From the NCBI GenBank assembly GCA_040285745.1, contig JAUFOR010000002.1:1798001-1862000 (forward strand): a stretch of 64,000 bases of DNA, in the 5' to 3' direction. Below the pieces are notes generated by a model. The model ran no database searches. It was given only the letters and a program-made list of their open reading frames with translations, and was not told the DNA's origin. Within the stretch, counting starts at the first letter, position 1, and every line of letters starts with the position of its first letter. Below, in pieces: positions 1 through 10,037 of this stretch. The DNA is from Barthelona sp. PCE. Taxonomy: Eukaryota. The position numbers and the translations under genes are program-made.

Positions 1-501
1 CTGTGTTAGGACAAATAACAAATCACCGTTCCAAGCCATAGATAATGCTTTCTCACCAATTGCTATCACGCACGATGATGGAAACTGGCCAATGGTCCGG
101 ATAAAACTATCAGAAATTACTGCATGTGATTCTTCCGGTATCCATCTAGTCCTCAGTTCTACATCTGATACTTGATCCTTTGAAAGTGGAACCTCGCCTG
201 ATTCGCCCACTCTCAGTTGTCTAATCCCTCCATTAGCTTCTGGATCAAAATACTTAAGATCAGGCAATGATACTGGATTGTGCAGCTCTGTTTCGCTAAA
301 TTCCCCTGCCCCTTTCTCAATATTTGCAGGTTCCCACTCAGCGCAATGTGGTTTAAAAAACAAAAAAGGTGTTTGTGGATATGGAATTTCCTTTTTATCT
401 TCAGACAGCAATTTAGCTGATCTGTGAAGTGGTATCATCTTGTACCACTTCTTTTCATCGTTGTCGGGAGCAAATTTTATCGATGGTTCATGTAAACTCA
501 T
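1..501 (-). CDS. Hypothetical protein, 5' part (runs off the window edge)
   Basis: Manual translation: ATG at 501 followed by 167 open codons to position 1 (MSLHEPSIKFAPDNDEKKWYK...LSMAWNGDLLFVLTQ). Absent from the ORF track because no stop lies in the window. Confidence 0.7.
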   Translation of the reverse strand, partial: MSLHEPSIKFAPDNDEKKWYKMIPLHRSAKLLSEDKKEIPYPQTPFLFFKPHCAEWEPANIEKGAGEFSETELHNPVSLPDLKYFDPEANGGIRQLRVGESGEVPLSKDQVSDVELRTRWIPEESHAVISDSFIRTIGQFPSSCVIAIGEKALSMAWNGDLLFVLTQ

Positions 502-548
502 TGAAAAGGATCAAAACTTAAAACAAACTTTTACTAAGTGCTGCATTA

Positions 549-3473
549 CTAAATCTCATCATAACCGTTAATGGATGATGTAGTTGCTGCTGCTGCACCT
601 CTACCAGCCTCGGTAGCATCGCGCTTGAACCAGCCCTTAACAATACCGGGAACATCCTTCATATTATTGAAAGGGAGCTTCTTCTTATACCACATGAAAC
701 CAATGGCGACAGCAATAGCAACAAAGAAAAGGAACCAGAGCCAACCGTTACCACCCTTATCCTTCTTAACGGGTTTGGGAGCGATCCAGACACTAAGATC
801 TTCATTTGTCCAGGCATCGTATAGTTCAACGGCAACAAAGACTCTGTTAAGGGGATTAACATCGAGCTCGCACTGGAATGAATCGAAACAAAGGTGGCTA
901 CGTTCACTGGTGGATGAGGGATGAGGGTCATACTGACTAATAGCAATAGCCTTAACTGCCTCACTAGTCTGGACCTTCATGTGAAGGTTCTTGATGTTCT
1001 CAACAGTGAAGTAGATGTGCTGGTTACCAAGACCCTTGATAGCAGTCTTCTTGGCATCATCGAAGAGAAGATTGGTCTCGAGCAAACGAATGGTGTATTC
1101 GTTGGCAGCACCCTCGCCGATAACGGAAGCGTAAACGGATGTCTTCTCACCGCCAGCGGGCTGGGGAACGTGAAGATAGGTGGGATGGACGGTTGAGTAA
1201 TGGGGAAGCTTGAAGGCAAAGTTATCCTCCGTAGGGACATCGCCGTACTGAACGTACAAGCTCATGGGTCCATTCTTCTCAGCCAAGGGAGTGAGTTCGA
1301 GGAACTGACGCTTGGTCTCAGCAGTATGGTACGAATAGATATCGAAGCCGTCACGTTGGGTCAAGACGGAGCGGAGATAGAGACCGTCAGTAAGAGGATC
1401 AATCTCGTCAAAGTAGAGGTTATAAGAGCTACGCTGGACAGCATTGAAACTGTCTGAGTTTGATGGTGGGTTCTCAATGGTGATGTAATAGTACTGACCC
1501 ACGTCTTGGAAGACCTCATTCTCATCATCAATGTAGATGGCACGAGCAGGGGAAGTGAACTTGTAGGCGTAGTTATCAGGAATGGCATCCTTGGCGGGGG
1601 GAGTCGTTGTGATATAACCGTTAAGAACATCCTTTGATTCGATATTAATGACAATAGGTGCGCCCTGCTCAATAACTGTATAACGGTAATAGTCAAAGCC
1701 AGCAACTGCCACGTTTCCACGTTGAACGCGATGAGCCTGCAGAATAGTAAGGTCATTACGGTGGAAATCCACAGTGAATTTAGACGTACCAATGCCAAAG
1801 ACACCGATATTTAAGAACTTCTTATCCTTAATATCATCCTTGCGGAAGACAATACGCTTATCTTCATTGGTAGTAAGGTGATAATCGTAGAATCCGCGGA
1901 TCTTGTTGGGAAGAGGGTATGTGGTCGAGACAACAACATCAACACCATATGAGAACTCGTCAACATCGAGTGAGAGGACATAGTCGCCTTCAACGTTAAT
2001 GGAACGGAGATCAACAGTGAAATAAAGCCACTCGTTATCCTCGATTGTTGTGGTGATACTCTTGTGCTCGCTAAGATCAAAGAGGGGAGCGACTGAGGCG
2101 TAGACCAAGTTCTGTTCGGTCTGCTTAGGGGTTACGGGAGTGCGCAAACTCCAGAACAGACGGGTGCCCGTAAAAGACATGGGAAACGACATGATGAGGA
2201 AACCTGCGCCATGGCGGACACCGGGTGTGTTCTTATCGACGAGAGGGTACTTCTCCTGGAAGGATCCATACACCTCGACGGTATCGGCGTCAATGACACC
2301 GCTGTCATACAGATTAACAGCAACCTTGTGCGTGGCAATATCACCGTGACGGAAGACGGAAGAAGTGTAGTAGTCATAGTGGTTAGCACCCTCGCTGATC
2401 TTTGGGACGGTGATTGTCTGCATCTTGTTCGACGTAACCTCGGTCAATTCCTTCGAGAAGAGAATACTGAACTTGGGAGGGGTGGGTACAGCAAGATTAG
2501 CAGCAAAAACAGAGTACCAGACAACGAGTGTGTCCTCGGGTAAAATAAGAGGGTTGATAGCAGAGCCGCCATAGATGAGCTGAGTCTCGTCGAAGTTATG
2601 CTCATCGGGGTACTGGTTCTCAACATCATAAGATAGATAGAGACGAAGAGGCACATTGCTCTCAGGGAAGACCAAAGAGAAAGGAGCAGTCTCCTGCAGG
2701 AAAGACTTGTAATAGACGGAACAGCCAGCAAACATCTCAACCTTTTTGGGCTCGTTGGGGCCCAAAATCTGAAGATTGTTGCTGTCAAGGAGAATACGCA
2801 AAGTCTTCTTGCCTTGAACGGGGTCGACAGTGAAATAGTAGTAGCCAGGCTTAGCGTCAACCTCCTCGCTCATCTTTTGAAGCTCCCATGTCTGAATAGC
2901 AGAAACAGGAGTTGGGTGACCAACCTTGCCGAGATAAAGCTTACCATTATCACCACCCTGAACGTAGTCGATTGTTACGTTCAGCTTATTGCCTGCGCAG
3001 TGGGGGAAGTGGAAGAAAGCACGCTTGCTTGTAATGATATCGTTATCACCAAGCTTGAGGGGAATAGAGATCATGCTCTGAAGTGAAATCTCCATACCGG
3101 CGGTGGGGACATACTCGGGCTCGATGGCAAGATAGAATGACTTCGTGCCGGTGAAGAGCTGCTCGCTGGTGGTTAATTGGAACGAGTCAATACCCTGCCA
3201 CCTAGAATTTACGGCGTCAGGGAAAGGTTCGAAACCAATATAGAGCTTGAGTGTAGGGCGGTACCTGGTCAGGAAAGTGTTGATGAGAACAATATCCTGT
3301 CCGCTAGTGACATCAGCACAACCGTAGAAGGTTGTTTTACCCAAGGTAAACTCGATGGTTTGATTTCCACCGGGTGAAAGGATGGTATGGCCACCGGCGC
3401 ATGCGGCTTGAGCACCGTGAAGGCTCAAAAAGACCAAAAACATAAAAACAATACAATATTTTGGAATAAACAT
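549..3473 (-). CDS. Type I membrane protein with repeated beta-sandwich (PPC-like) ectodomain
   Basis: Signal peptide (MFLVFLSLHGAQA; ATG at 3473 or 3443), about 8 recurring LY(V/L/I)..P motifs, one TM helix (WLWFLFFVAIAVAIGFMWY) followed by KKK, and a terminal YDEI (Yxx-phi). Confidence 0.8.
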   Translation of the reverse strand: MFIPKYCIVFMFLVFLSLHGAQAACAGGHTILSPGGNQTIEFTLGKTTFYGCADVTSGQDIVLINTFLTRYRPTLKLYIGFEPFPDAVNSRWQGIDSFQLTTSEQLFTGTKSFYLAIEPEYVPTAGMEISLQSMISIPLKLGDNDIITSKRAFFHFPHCAGNKLNVTIDYVQGGDNGKLYLGKVGHPTPVSAIQTWELQKMSEEVDAKPGYYYFTVDPVQGKKTLRILLDSNNLQILGPNEPKKVEMFAGCSVYYKSFLQETAPFSLVFPESNVPLRLYLSYDVENQYPDEHNFDETQLIYGGSAINPLILPEDTLVVWYSVFAANLAVPTPPKFSILFSKELTEVTSNKMQTITVPKISEGANHYDYYTSSVFRHGDIATHKVAVNLYDSGVIDADTVEVYGSFQEKYPLVDKNTPGVRHGAGFLIMSFPMSFTGTRLFWSLRTPVTPKQTEQNLVYASVAPLFDLSEHKSITTTIEDNEWLYFTVDLRSINVEGDYVLSLDVDEFSYGVDVVVSTTYPLPNKIRGFYDYHLTTNEDKRIVFRKDDIKDKKFLNIGVFGIGTSKFTVDFHRNDLTILQAHRVQRGNVAVAGFDYYRYTVIEQGAPIVINIESKDVLNGYITTTPPAKDAIPDNYAYKFTSPARAIYIDDENEVFQDVGQYYYITIENPPSNSDSFNAVQRSSYNLYFDEIDPLTDGLYLRSVLTQRDGFDIYSYHTAETKRQFLELTPLAEKNGPMSLYVQYGDVPTEDNFAFKLPHYSTVHPTYLHVPQPAGGEKTSVYASVIGEGAANEYTIRLLETNLLFDDAKKTAIKGLGNQHIYFTVENIKNLHMKVQTSEAVKAIAISQYDPHPSSTSERSHLCFDSFQCELDVNPLNRVFVAVELYDAWTNEDLSVWIAPKPVKKDKGGNGWLWFLFFVAIAVAIGFMWYKKKLPFNNMKDVPGIVKGWFKRDATEAGRGAAAATTSSINGYDEI

Positions 3474-3981
3474 CTTCAACAAAGTTATACGATAGTGTTA
3501 TATCCGAAAGGGTGTAAATAGCGTAAAGGTGATGAAGGACCCAAAGTAAAGGTTGAAAAAAGCAAAACAAGCAAAAACTTCAGTTCCTCCATGCGCCTTT
3601 CATCTAAAGCACCTTTGCATTTACTTTAGAGCAATACATATCAAGTTATACCCGTAAAATACAACAGATATGAAATACGTTGACTCGATTACATAGTAAA
3701 GTTAATGTTTACTCATCCATGATTACGACCAAAATTGTGTGGATCTTTGCATCTTCTCTCACTTCTAACTCCTCCACAAAGAGCTAAAGATAAAAATTTC
3801 AGCACATGAGTAAATATTCAAGTTCTCAGCACATTGTCTGTGTACAAACACAAAAGATGCTCAACCATTGATGTATATCAAACCATGCGTGATGAGATGG
3901 AGAATGTCCACAAAAACCGAGCACCAACTTTGGTCTATTACACTGTAAATACTCTTCTCTCCCTTATCTCCACAAAAAAAC

Positions 3982-6441
3982 ATGACAGCTGTTACTCTCA
4001 AGGATGTGTGCGTGGGCAAACCTTCATATGAGCTCTGCTACTCTTTCATTGATGATGAGCGTTTTGGTGCAGAAGAAACAATAAGATTCTCAACTGAGCA
4101 AAAAATCACAGAGCTTTTCATGCACAGTATCGATCTCGACATCGAGGGTGCTTATGCCATCCGTGATGAGACTGAAATTAAAGCTGATGTTGGATATCTC
4201 CCCGATGAAGAGGGAATCACGCTGAACTTTGCTGAACCCATTTCAGGAGAGATCGAGCTCGTGCTGATCTTCAGTGCCGAGTACCGCACCGACAACGTTG
4301 GTCTGTACAAATCGCCATACAAAATGGATGGTGAGGACCACTTTTGCCTTTCAACTCAATTCGAGCCCGTAGATGCTCGTAAAGCATATGTTTGCTACGA
4401 TATGCCTGATCTTAAGGCTGACTTTGACGTTTCAATCACACACAAGTCACACTTAACTGCTGTATCAAACGGTGACATTTCCTCTGTTCAAGTCGAGATG
4501 GGATACACAACAACCCGCTTCCAGACGGTGGAGGACATGCCCACATATCTGGTTGCCTTTGCAGTCAGCGACTGGGACATTGCGCATCGCATGTACGACG
4601 GTGTTCGTGTTGGTATCTACACTCCACGAAATCAACTAGCACGCGGAATGGAGGTATTTGACGAGATGGGCAACATCCTCGCATACTTCAAGCGCATCTT
4701 TAAGCTTGACCCGAAGGATATGTGGCCCAAGATAGATCTTATCGCAATCCCGTCGTTTGATTCTGGTGCAATGGAAAACCACATGTGCGTCTTCTTCCGC
4801 GATCGCTGTTTACTTTTGGAGGAAGGTGCGTCTTTCGCCCACCGTCAGATGGTTAGGATGGTTGTAGCTCATGAGTACTCTCATTTCTTCCACGGTTTCC
4901 TGGTCACAATGCAGGAGTGGGGCGATCTCTGGCTTAACGAGGCATTTGCTGAAAATCTTGGTTATGCATGTGTTGATTCCATTCACCCTGACTGGAAATA
5001 CGCTGACAAGTTCGTCAACGAGTGTATCCTCAGCGGTCTGAAGCACGATGTGCTCAAGACGTCACACCCCATCAAGGTTCCCGTCGAAAAACCTCGCCAA
5101 ATCGACGAAATCTTTGATGCCATTACGTATGAGAAGGGAGCCAGTATAGTTTACATGCTGAAGACATGGCTGGGTGAAGACAAGTTCCATGAGGCTTTGC
5201 AGTTGGTTTTCAAGGAGCACGGGCACAGTAACATCGATGGACCCAAACTCTGGAAGTGTTTTTCGACCGTCACAGGTTACGAGATCGAGGGTCTCATTGA
5301 GCCTTGGATCATGCAGCGCGGATTCCCAGCCATAACAGCCAGTATTGCAGGCCACCGTCTTGTTCTTGAACAAACTCAGATGAACTCCGATGGTGACGAG
5401 AGGTGGTGCATCCCTATGCGCATTTCATTCGACGAAGACGAGCGTTCCATCATGGTGAACCACAATGAAGAGTTCAGCATTGAAATTCCCAAGGACACTT
5501 CATCAATCGTCATCAATGTCGGCGCCGCTGCTTTCTGTGCTGTCAAGTACGATAAAACTATGGAGCCTTTCTTGAATTTCGGATCCATGTCCTCTGCTGA
5601 GCTAAGCACCTTCATTTTCTGCCAGGGTCTTTTCGCTCGCTACCATGGTTTTGATGGATACTTTGAAACCCTCCGTGATGTCAGTGCCTTCCTCTCAACC
5701 GATGTCGTCACTGCAGTTATGGAACATGTCAGTGCCATTCGTGTGCTACACAGTCAGGCGACTGTAACCAATAACAGTCATCTTAAGCAAAGGATCGAGT
5801 CCACTTTCAGGTCTCATTACACTGCTCTTCTGAAAGAGATCGGTATCCGAGAGACTGAGGGCGAATCCGCAAGCATTAGTGATATTCGCGCACAGCTCAT
5901 AAGCGTTTTGGCGAGTTTCGGTGATGATGAGGTTATGCACTATCTTATGACCGCTGAAAACGTTCCTAAGTACTTAGAGACAATTCAATACAAGTACAAG
6001 GTCAAGGATGATCCCATTGTTGCTATTTCTCTTATTCAAGACTGTGATGATCCTTTAAAGCTTTATCCCATTCTCCGTGGTGCTTGCGCGGGCATCCCTA
6101 CCGATCATTTCGAAGCGTTCATCAAGCATGTATTTGAGGAGGTACCCTCTCAGCATGCCGCAGGTGCATTTGCACAACTTACAAAGAATCTGGGCACATA
6201 CAAGCAGATGTTTAATTACATTATCGATAACTTTGACGCCGTAGCCGGACATATTAGCGGTATGGTACTGCCACGTATCGTCGAGTACTCAGCTGAACTC
6301 ATCCATACTTCTGAACACTTGGAAAAATTCATTGCCAAATTCGCGGATGGAATCCCTGATTCTATTACTTACGCTTACCACAACGCTGTGGAGATCATGG
6401 AGTGCAACATCAAGTACTTTGACGTTATTCGTGAAGCATAA
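3982..6441 (+). CDS. M1 family aminopeptidase (puromycin-sensitive/aminopeptidase N-like)
   Basis: STQFEPVDARKA, GAMEN exopeptidase motif, HEYSH...WLNEAFA zinc motif, ITYEKG. Confidence 0.95.
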   Translation: MTAVTLKDVCVGKPSYELCYSFIDDERFGAEETIRFSTEQKITELFMHSIDLDIEGAYAIRDETEIKADVGYLPDEEGITLNFAEPISGEIELVLIFSAEYRTDNVGLYKSPYKMDGEDHFCLSTQFEPVDARKAYVCYDMPDLKADFDVSITHKSHLTAVSNGDISSVQVEMGYTTTRFQTVEDMPTYLVAFAVSDWDIAHRMYDGVRVGIYTPRNQLARGMEVFDEMGNILAYFKRIFKLDPKDMWPKIDLIAIPSFDSGAMENHMCVFFRDRCLLLEEGASFAHRQMVRMVVAHEYSHFFHGFLVTMQEWGDLWLNEAFAENLGYACVDSIHPDWKYADKFVNECILSGLKHDVLKTSHPIKVPVEKPRQIDEIFDAITYEKGASIVYMLKTWLGEDKFHEALQLVFKEHGHSNIDGPKLWKCFSTVTGYEIEGLIEPWIMQRGFPAITASIAGHRLVLEQTQMNSDGDERWCIPMRISFDEDERSIMVNHNEEFSIEIPKDTSSIVINVGAAAFCAVKYDKTMEPFLNFGSMSSAELSTFIFCQGLFARYHGFDGYFETLRDVSAFLSTDVVTAVMEHVSAIRVLHSQATVTNNSHLKQRIESTFRSHYTALLKEIGIRETEGESASISDIRAQLISVLASFGDDEVMHYLMTAENVPKYLETIQYKYKVKDDPIVAISLIQDCDDPLKLYPILRGACAGIPTDHFEAFIKHVFEEVPSQHAAGAFAQLTKNLGTYKQMFNYIIDNFDAVAGHISGMVLPRIVEYSAELIHTSEHLEKFIAKFADGIPDSITYAYHNAVEIMECNIKYFDVIREA

Positions 6442-6519
6442 ACATAGTAAAATCGTGTTGGTTTTTTTGCGCAGGTGTTTATCATTTTTTGAACCATTTC
6501 ACGTCACAAAATCCAAGAA

Positions 6520-7344
6520 ATGCAGTCGCACATGATAGATGACGACGAGGATTGTGATGATTACATGCTAATTCAAGAAGAAGAGCAAGTTTTTACTGAA
6601 ACTGAGCGTGAACAGTTTGTTCAGCTCGTCAGTCTGCTTAGGGATCAGCAGAGGGGAAGTGACAGCCTCATCATGGATCTAAAATCTGAAATTACAAACC
6701 TTTATGAAGAGAACGCCCGGCTTTCTCAAAAACTAAAAGAGAAGGACGAAGATCATTTGATGCACAGGCGGGAGTTCAACAAAGTGGCGAAGAGTTTCAG
6801 ACAAAAATATGAAGATATCGAAGAGGAAAGAGATATCCTCCAAGAACAGGTTGAAGACTTTTCTAACCAGTTAAAGCTTCAGAATGAGCTATACACAAGA
6901 ATGGAGCGAATGCAAAACACAATATTTAAGCTACAGAAGGATGATAAAAAGCATGGAAATATGTTGCATGAACAGGAAACACTTATTGATGAGTTGTATG
7001 TTCAACTAGATGCGCTGACGAAGAAAAACCTTGCTGCTCAAGCAGAGAATGAACTACTTAAGGGTCAGGTAGAGTATCTTTCGAAACAAACAGGGGTTAT
7101 CGATTCTCCAGCTCAGAATATGCATAAAAAACTTTCCAAGAGTATGAAACGCAGAAAACCGAGGATATCTGACCGTTTTTATCAGAAGCCAAAAACACCA
7201 GCACCAAGAAAAGTGAAGAATTCCTCAAATTTTGCTCCAATAGCAAATTCTCCGCGATTACCTTTTTTTGCCGATATTCTGAGCAGTTCAGACGACAATC
7301 TCACACCTCCAACTGTATCTACCCCTCTTGTAAGCACTCTTTAA
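6520..7344 (+). CDS. Coiled-coil hypothetical protein
   Basis: 274-aa ORF with a heptad-rich E/Q/K/L core and a basic, disordered tail. Confidence 0.7.
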   Translation: MQSHMIDDDEDCDDYMLIQEEEQVFTETEREQFVQLVSLLRDQQRGSDSLIMDLKSEITNLYEENARLSQKLKEKDEDHLMHRREFNKVAKSFRQKYEDIEEERDILQEQVEDFSNQLKLQNELYTRMERMQNTIFKLQKDDKKHGNMLHEQETLIDELYVQLDALTKKNLAAQAENELLKGQVEYLSKQTGVIDSPAQNMHKKLSKSMKRRKPRISDRFYQKPKTPAPRKVKNSSNFAPIANSPRLPFFADILSSSDDNLTPPTVSTPLVSTL

Positions 7345-7357
7345 TTGTTTTCTATGT

Positions 7358-7858
7358 TTACATAATAAATTTGAAGTTTTTAAAATGACACCACCACTTA
7401 TTCTTACTACCATCCTCGTTGTAGCACTTGTCTAACGCTCTCTGTACCATCTCGGTCAACAACTGCTCAATCACCTGCTTAAACCTCTGTTTCTCTTCAG
7501 CTGTGGTTGCTAAACTGATAATACCGGGTAATTCAAAGTTACGATCCCCCGGACATCTGAATGTCTTGTACAGCATCGACATATTAAGCTCAGCTTCACC
7601 CCGGTTAGGTTGATCTGCCATATAAGCAATCATTTGTTGGAGTTTAATGCTAAGATATAACAATAACCGATCTGCATCGCCCTGAATCTCAAAATTATGA
7701 AGGAATATGTTAGCTCTGAAGGTTGTAAATACCTCATCAAGGATATCAGTTTCTGAAGTTTGTGGACAAGGCCCTGGTACCCTAGATTTCAACGGTAAGA
7801 TGGGAATAGAACAAACTTTTGGTACAGAAACCTCATTAAAACTACTGTTGAACTGCAT
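7358..7858 (-). CDS. ARPC3: Arp2/3 complex subunit 3 (p21-Arc)
   Basis: DILDEVFTTFRANIFLHNFEIQGDADRLLLYL, PGDRNF and NKWWCHFKNFKFI match the ARPC3 pattern. Confidence 0.93.
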   Translation of the reverse strand: MQFNSSFNEVSVPKVCSIPILPLKSRVPGPCPQTSETDILDEVFTTFRANIFLHNFEIQGDADRLLLYLSIKLQQMIAYMADQPNRGEAELNMSMLYKTFRCPGDRNFELPGIISLATTAEEKQRFKQVIEQLLTEMVQRALDKCYNEDGSKNKWWCHFKNFKFIM

Positions 7859-7911
7859 TCAATGCGAAAAGGAAGATCAATCTTTTAACAAATTTTTCAT
7901 CCCCTTTCACA

Positions 7912-9969
7912 ATGCCTCCGAAACGATCAAACACTTTTGGCGGTGGGGTCAGCAAAAGAAGCCCCAAAAAGTCACCTAAAAAGGGCGTTTCGATTCCTGT
8001 TTCTCCACAAAAGGAAGATTTACGAGCTCCACTCCATGAAGCGATCATGGAACACAATCTGGGCAACGTTTTGGATTTGAAATTAAACCTCAGAGTGTCA
8101 CAAAATGCTGGAAATCGTTTTTGCATTAACTCTCAACTTGCTCTGTTTCACTCACTGAAATTCAACAGTGGTGCACAGATTCGAGCACTATCAGGGGACA
8201 CAGTTATTCAAGGACGTATTACCTTCTCTGATGCTGTTCCAATTAATGAAATTAGGGTTTCTGCAGCCCATCTCGCACATCATGGTTTACAAGAAACCAT
8301 GGTACACCTATCATTCACAAGGACCGCTGCCTGTTCTGAGGTTACGTTTCACGCACGCGATGTTTCTGTTTTAGAACGTTCTTTGCTGACTGCAAAGCTT
8401 CTTTATTTCGACTGCAGTGGTATACATCCGTTTACTGTCGGAGTTTTTGAGACAGATATCGAGCTTACCGTTGAAGGTTTCGAAGGAGGAGGCGTCATAT
8501 CACCAGATTCGAAAATTTCGTTTACAACCTCTGTAAACGATGATGAAGCTGTAGAAGACGATCTACAGGTCATCCGTGGCGTTGGAGTAACCACGCTTCT
8601 TGACAAATGCAAGAAATTGATAACTTGCACGAAGAAAATCAGGATATTGGTGTTGGGAGCTGCTGGAAATGGCAAGACTCTGTTTCTTGAGCATATTGCT
8701 GCTGAGCTGAGGACTGAGTTGTTCGACACCAGCCTGCTATCCCGTATGAATCAGAACGCCACTGAGGTGCCAAAAACAGAGGGCGTATTATTAGTTGACA
8801 ACATACACCTTTTTGCACCATCACAGAAGGATCTAACTCCGTCAGCTGCCTTTCTTGTGAGACAAAATTCCCTGGTGTGCACTGCACCGAAGGTAACAGA
8901 CGTGAACGACGCACTGGTTGCTGCTTTCGATCTTGTCCTCCACATTCCCATGCCAAACACTAGAGATCGTGCATTGATCATCGAGTCTCTTGCGAACGTC
9001 CCCCTCGATGAGGCTCAACGCTTGGCCGAAGTATCGCAAGGTTTCGTTCCCAAAGATATTCAGAGAGCAGTGTTCCAAGCAGCACTTGACGAAGATGCTG
9101 ACTTGGAGGGTGTGTTTGCGCGAACGTCTCCCTTGAACCTGGCAGCCCTGGTCGTTGACATTCCCAATGTACAGTGGGAAGATATCGGTGGTTCCACGCA
9201 GCACAAACAAATCTTGGAAGAAATCGTAGAAATGCCTCTGGCTGAGCCTGAGCGCTTCCTTCGGCTGGGAATCACACCTCCCAGGGGACTGTTGCTCTTC
9301 GGCCCACCAGGTTGTTCAAAAACTATGCTGGCGAAAGCGGTAGCGTGTCAGACCCGTGTCAATTTCATACCCGTTCGTGGCCCCGAGCTGTTTGACAAGT
9401 ATGTGGGTGAGAGCGAGCGCAAGATCCGCGATCTCTTCACAAAGGCAAGGCAATCGAGCCCCTGCATAATTTTCTTCGATGAGTTTGATTCCCTGGCAGG
9501 AAACCGCTCACGTTCATCTAATAACGGCGTAGGTGAGCGCATCATTGCCACCCTTCTCAACGAAATGGACGGAATGCAGCCTGCCGCAGGTGTTATGTTC
9601 ATCGGCGCGACTAACCGGCCTGATCTGATCGATACAGCTTTGCTGCGGCCTGGCCGACTCGACAGGATCGTGTATGTTGGGCTGCCTGATCCCGACGCCA
9701 GGGGAGAGATCCTGGACATCTATATGAGAAAGATGCCGGTAATCAACGTTGACCGCGATGTCTTAGTAACAAAGACCGATGGATGGACCGGTGCTGAGCT
9801 CATGTCCCTCACAAAGGAGGCGGCCATGGTGTGTCTTCGGGACCGCCGCGAAGAGGTTTCAATGCAAGATTTTGAGACTGCACTTCAGAGTATTACACCA
9901 CAAGTAACTGATGAGATGGTTGCCTTTTTTGATGGTTTCAATTCATCGCGTGAATCCGCATTCTGCTAG
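7912..9969 (+). CDS. Cdc48-like AAA+ ATPase, AFG2/Drg1/SPATA5 type
   Basis: D2 has PNVQWEDIGG, GPPGCSKT (the CSKT Walker A typical of AFG2/SPATA5), FFDEFD and ATNRPDLIDTALLRPGRLDR; D1 is degenerate (GAAGNGKT, LVDN). Confidence 0.85.
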   Translation: MPPKRSNTFGGGVSKRSPKKSPKKGVSIPVSPQKEDLRAPLHEAIMEHNLGNVLDLKLNLRVSQNAGNRFCINSQLALFHSLKFNSGAQIRALSGDTVIQGRITFSDAVPINEIRVSAAHLAHHGLQETMVHLSFTRTAACSEVTFHARDVSVLERSLLTAKLLYFDCSGIHPFTVGVFETDIELTVEGFEGGGVISPDSKISFTTSVNDDEAVEDDLQVIRGVGVTTLLDKCKKLITCTKKIRILVLGAAGNGKTLFLEHIAAELRTELFDTSLLSRMNQNATEVPKTEGVLLVDNIHLFAPSQKDLTPSAAFLVRQNSLVCTAPKVTDVNDALVAAFDLVLHIPMPNTRDRALIIESLANVPLDEAQRLAEVSQGFVPKDIQRAVFQAALDEDADLEGVFARTSPLNLAALVVDIPNVQWEDIGGSTQHKQILEEIVEMPLAEPERFLRLGITPPRGLLLFGPPGCSKTMLAKAVACQTRVNFIPVRGPELFDKYVGESERKIRDLFTKARQSSPCIIFFDEFDSLAGNRSRSSNNGVGERIIATLLNEMDGMQPAAGVMFIGATNRPDLIDTALLRPGRLDRIVYVGLPDPDARGEILDIYMRKMPVINVDRDVLVTKTDGWTGAELMSLTKEAAMVCLRDRREEVSMQDFETALQSITPQVTDEMVAFFDGFNSSRESAFC

Positions 9970-10037
9970 TGATGTACCAATGATTTACTGCAAATTTTCT
10001 GCCAGTTTGCATCCAGAGATTTATATTATCATTATTA

